A DNA stretch of 63,971 nt, the filler included, from Octopus bimaculoides (taxonomy: Eukaryota): the NCBI RefSeq assembly GCF_001194135.2. It is 4 parts of 4 records of this genome, joined end to end, with 100 filler letters (N's around TTAATTAATTAA, not from the genome) between each part and the next. Parts side by side here need not be neighbours in the genome. Positions count along the whole stretch, not along the records: positions 60,923 to 63,971 come from NC_068985.1; 3 more parts are not named here. One strand, given 5' to 3'. The notes under the pieces are model-generated. The model saw only the letters and a list, made by a program, of their open reading frames with translations, was not told the DNA's origin and did not search any database. Every line of letters starts with the position of its first letter. Position 1 is the first letter of the stretch. The position numbers and the translations under genes are program-made. Below, one piece after another: positions 63,941-63,971 of this stretch.

Positions 63941-63971
63941 TATCTTATTATTTTTATATATTTACATATAC

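Overview
AT-rich, microsatellite-dense animal genomic scaffold with many N gaps. The repeat families suggest an octopod cephalopod, probably Octopus; this rests on recalled SINE sequences, not a database search. One intact protein-coding gene is present: a four-jointed (fj/FJX1) Golgi kinase orthologue on the minus strand (10196-11812). Its CDS has no introns, and it has a probable 5'-UTR intron, a candidate TATA/Inr promoter, clustered uORFs and a candidate polyA signal. The rest is a mosaic of three tRNA-derived SINE families (labelled A, B, C here), LINE remnants (CR1, Dong/R4, HERO, RTE), Penelope-like element (PLE) remnants, a full-length decayed Tc1, MITEs with 8-bp TSDs and a non-autonomous Helitron. 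The most notable unexplained signal is a set of minimal type I hammerhead ribozyme motifs with palindromic stem III. These include an intact one at 61412-61546 with an 86-nt structured extension of stem II, a second at the end of a PLE (63850-63898), an inverted pair (8768-9037) and a family with a CUGUU core variant. Almost all other ORFs in the supplied track are microsatellite or N-gap artefacts.
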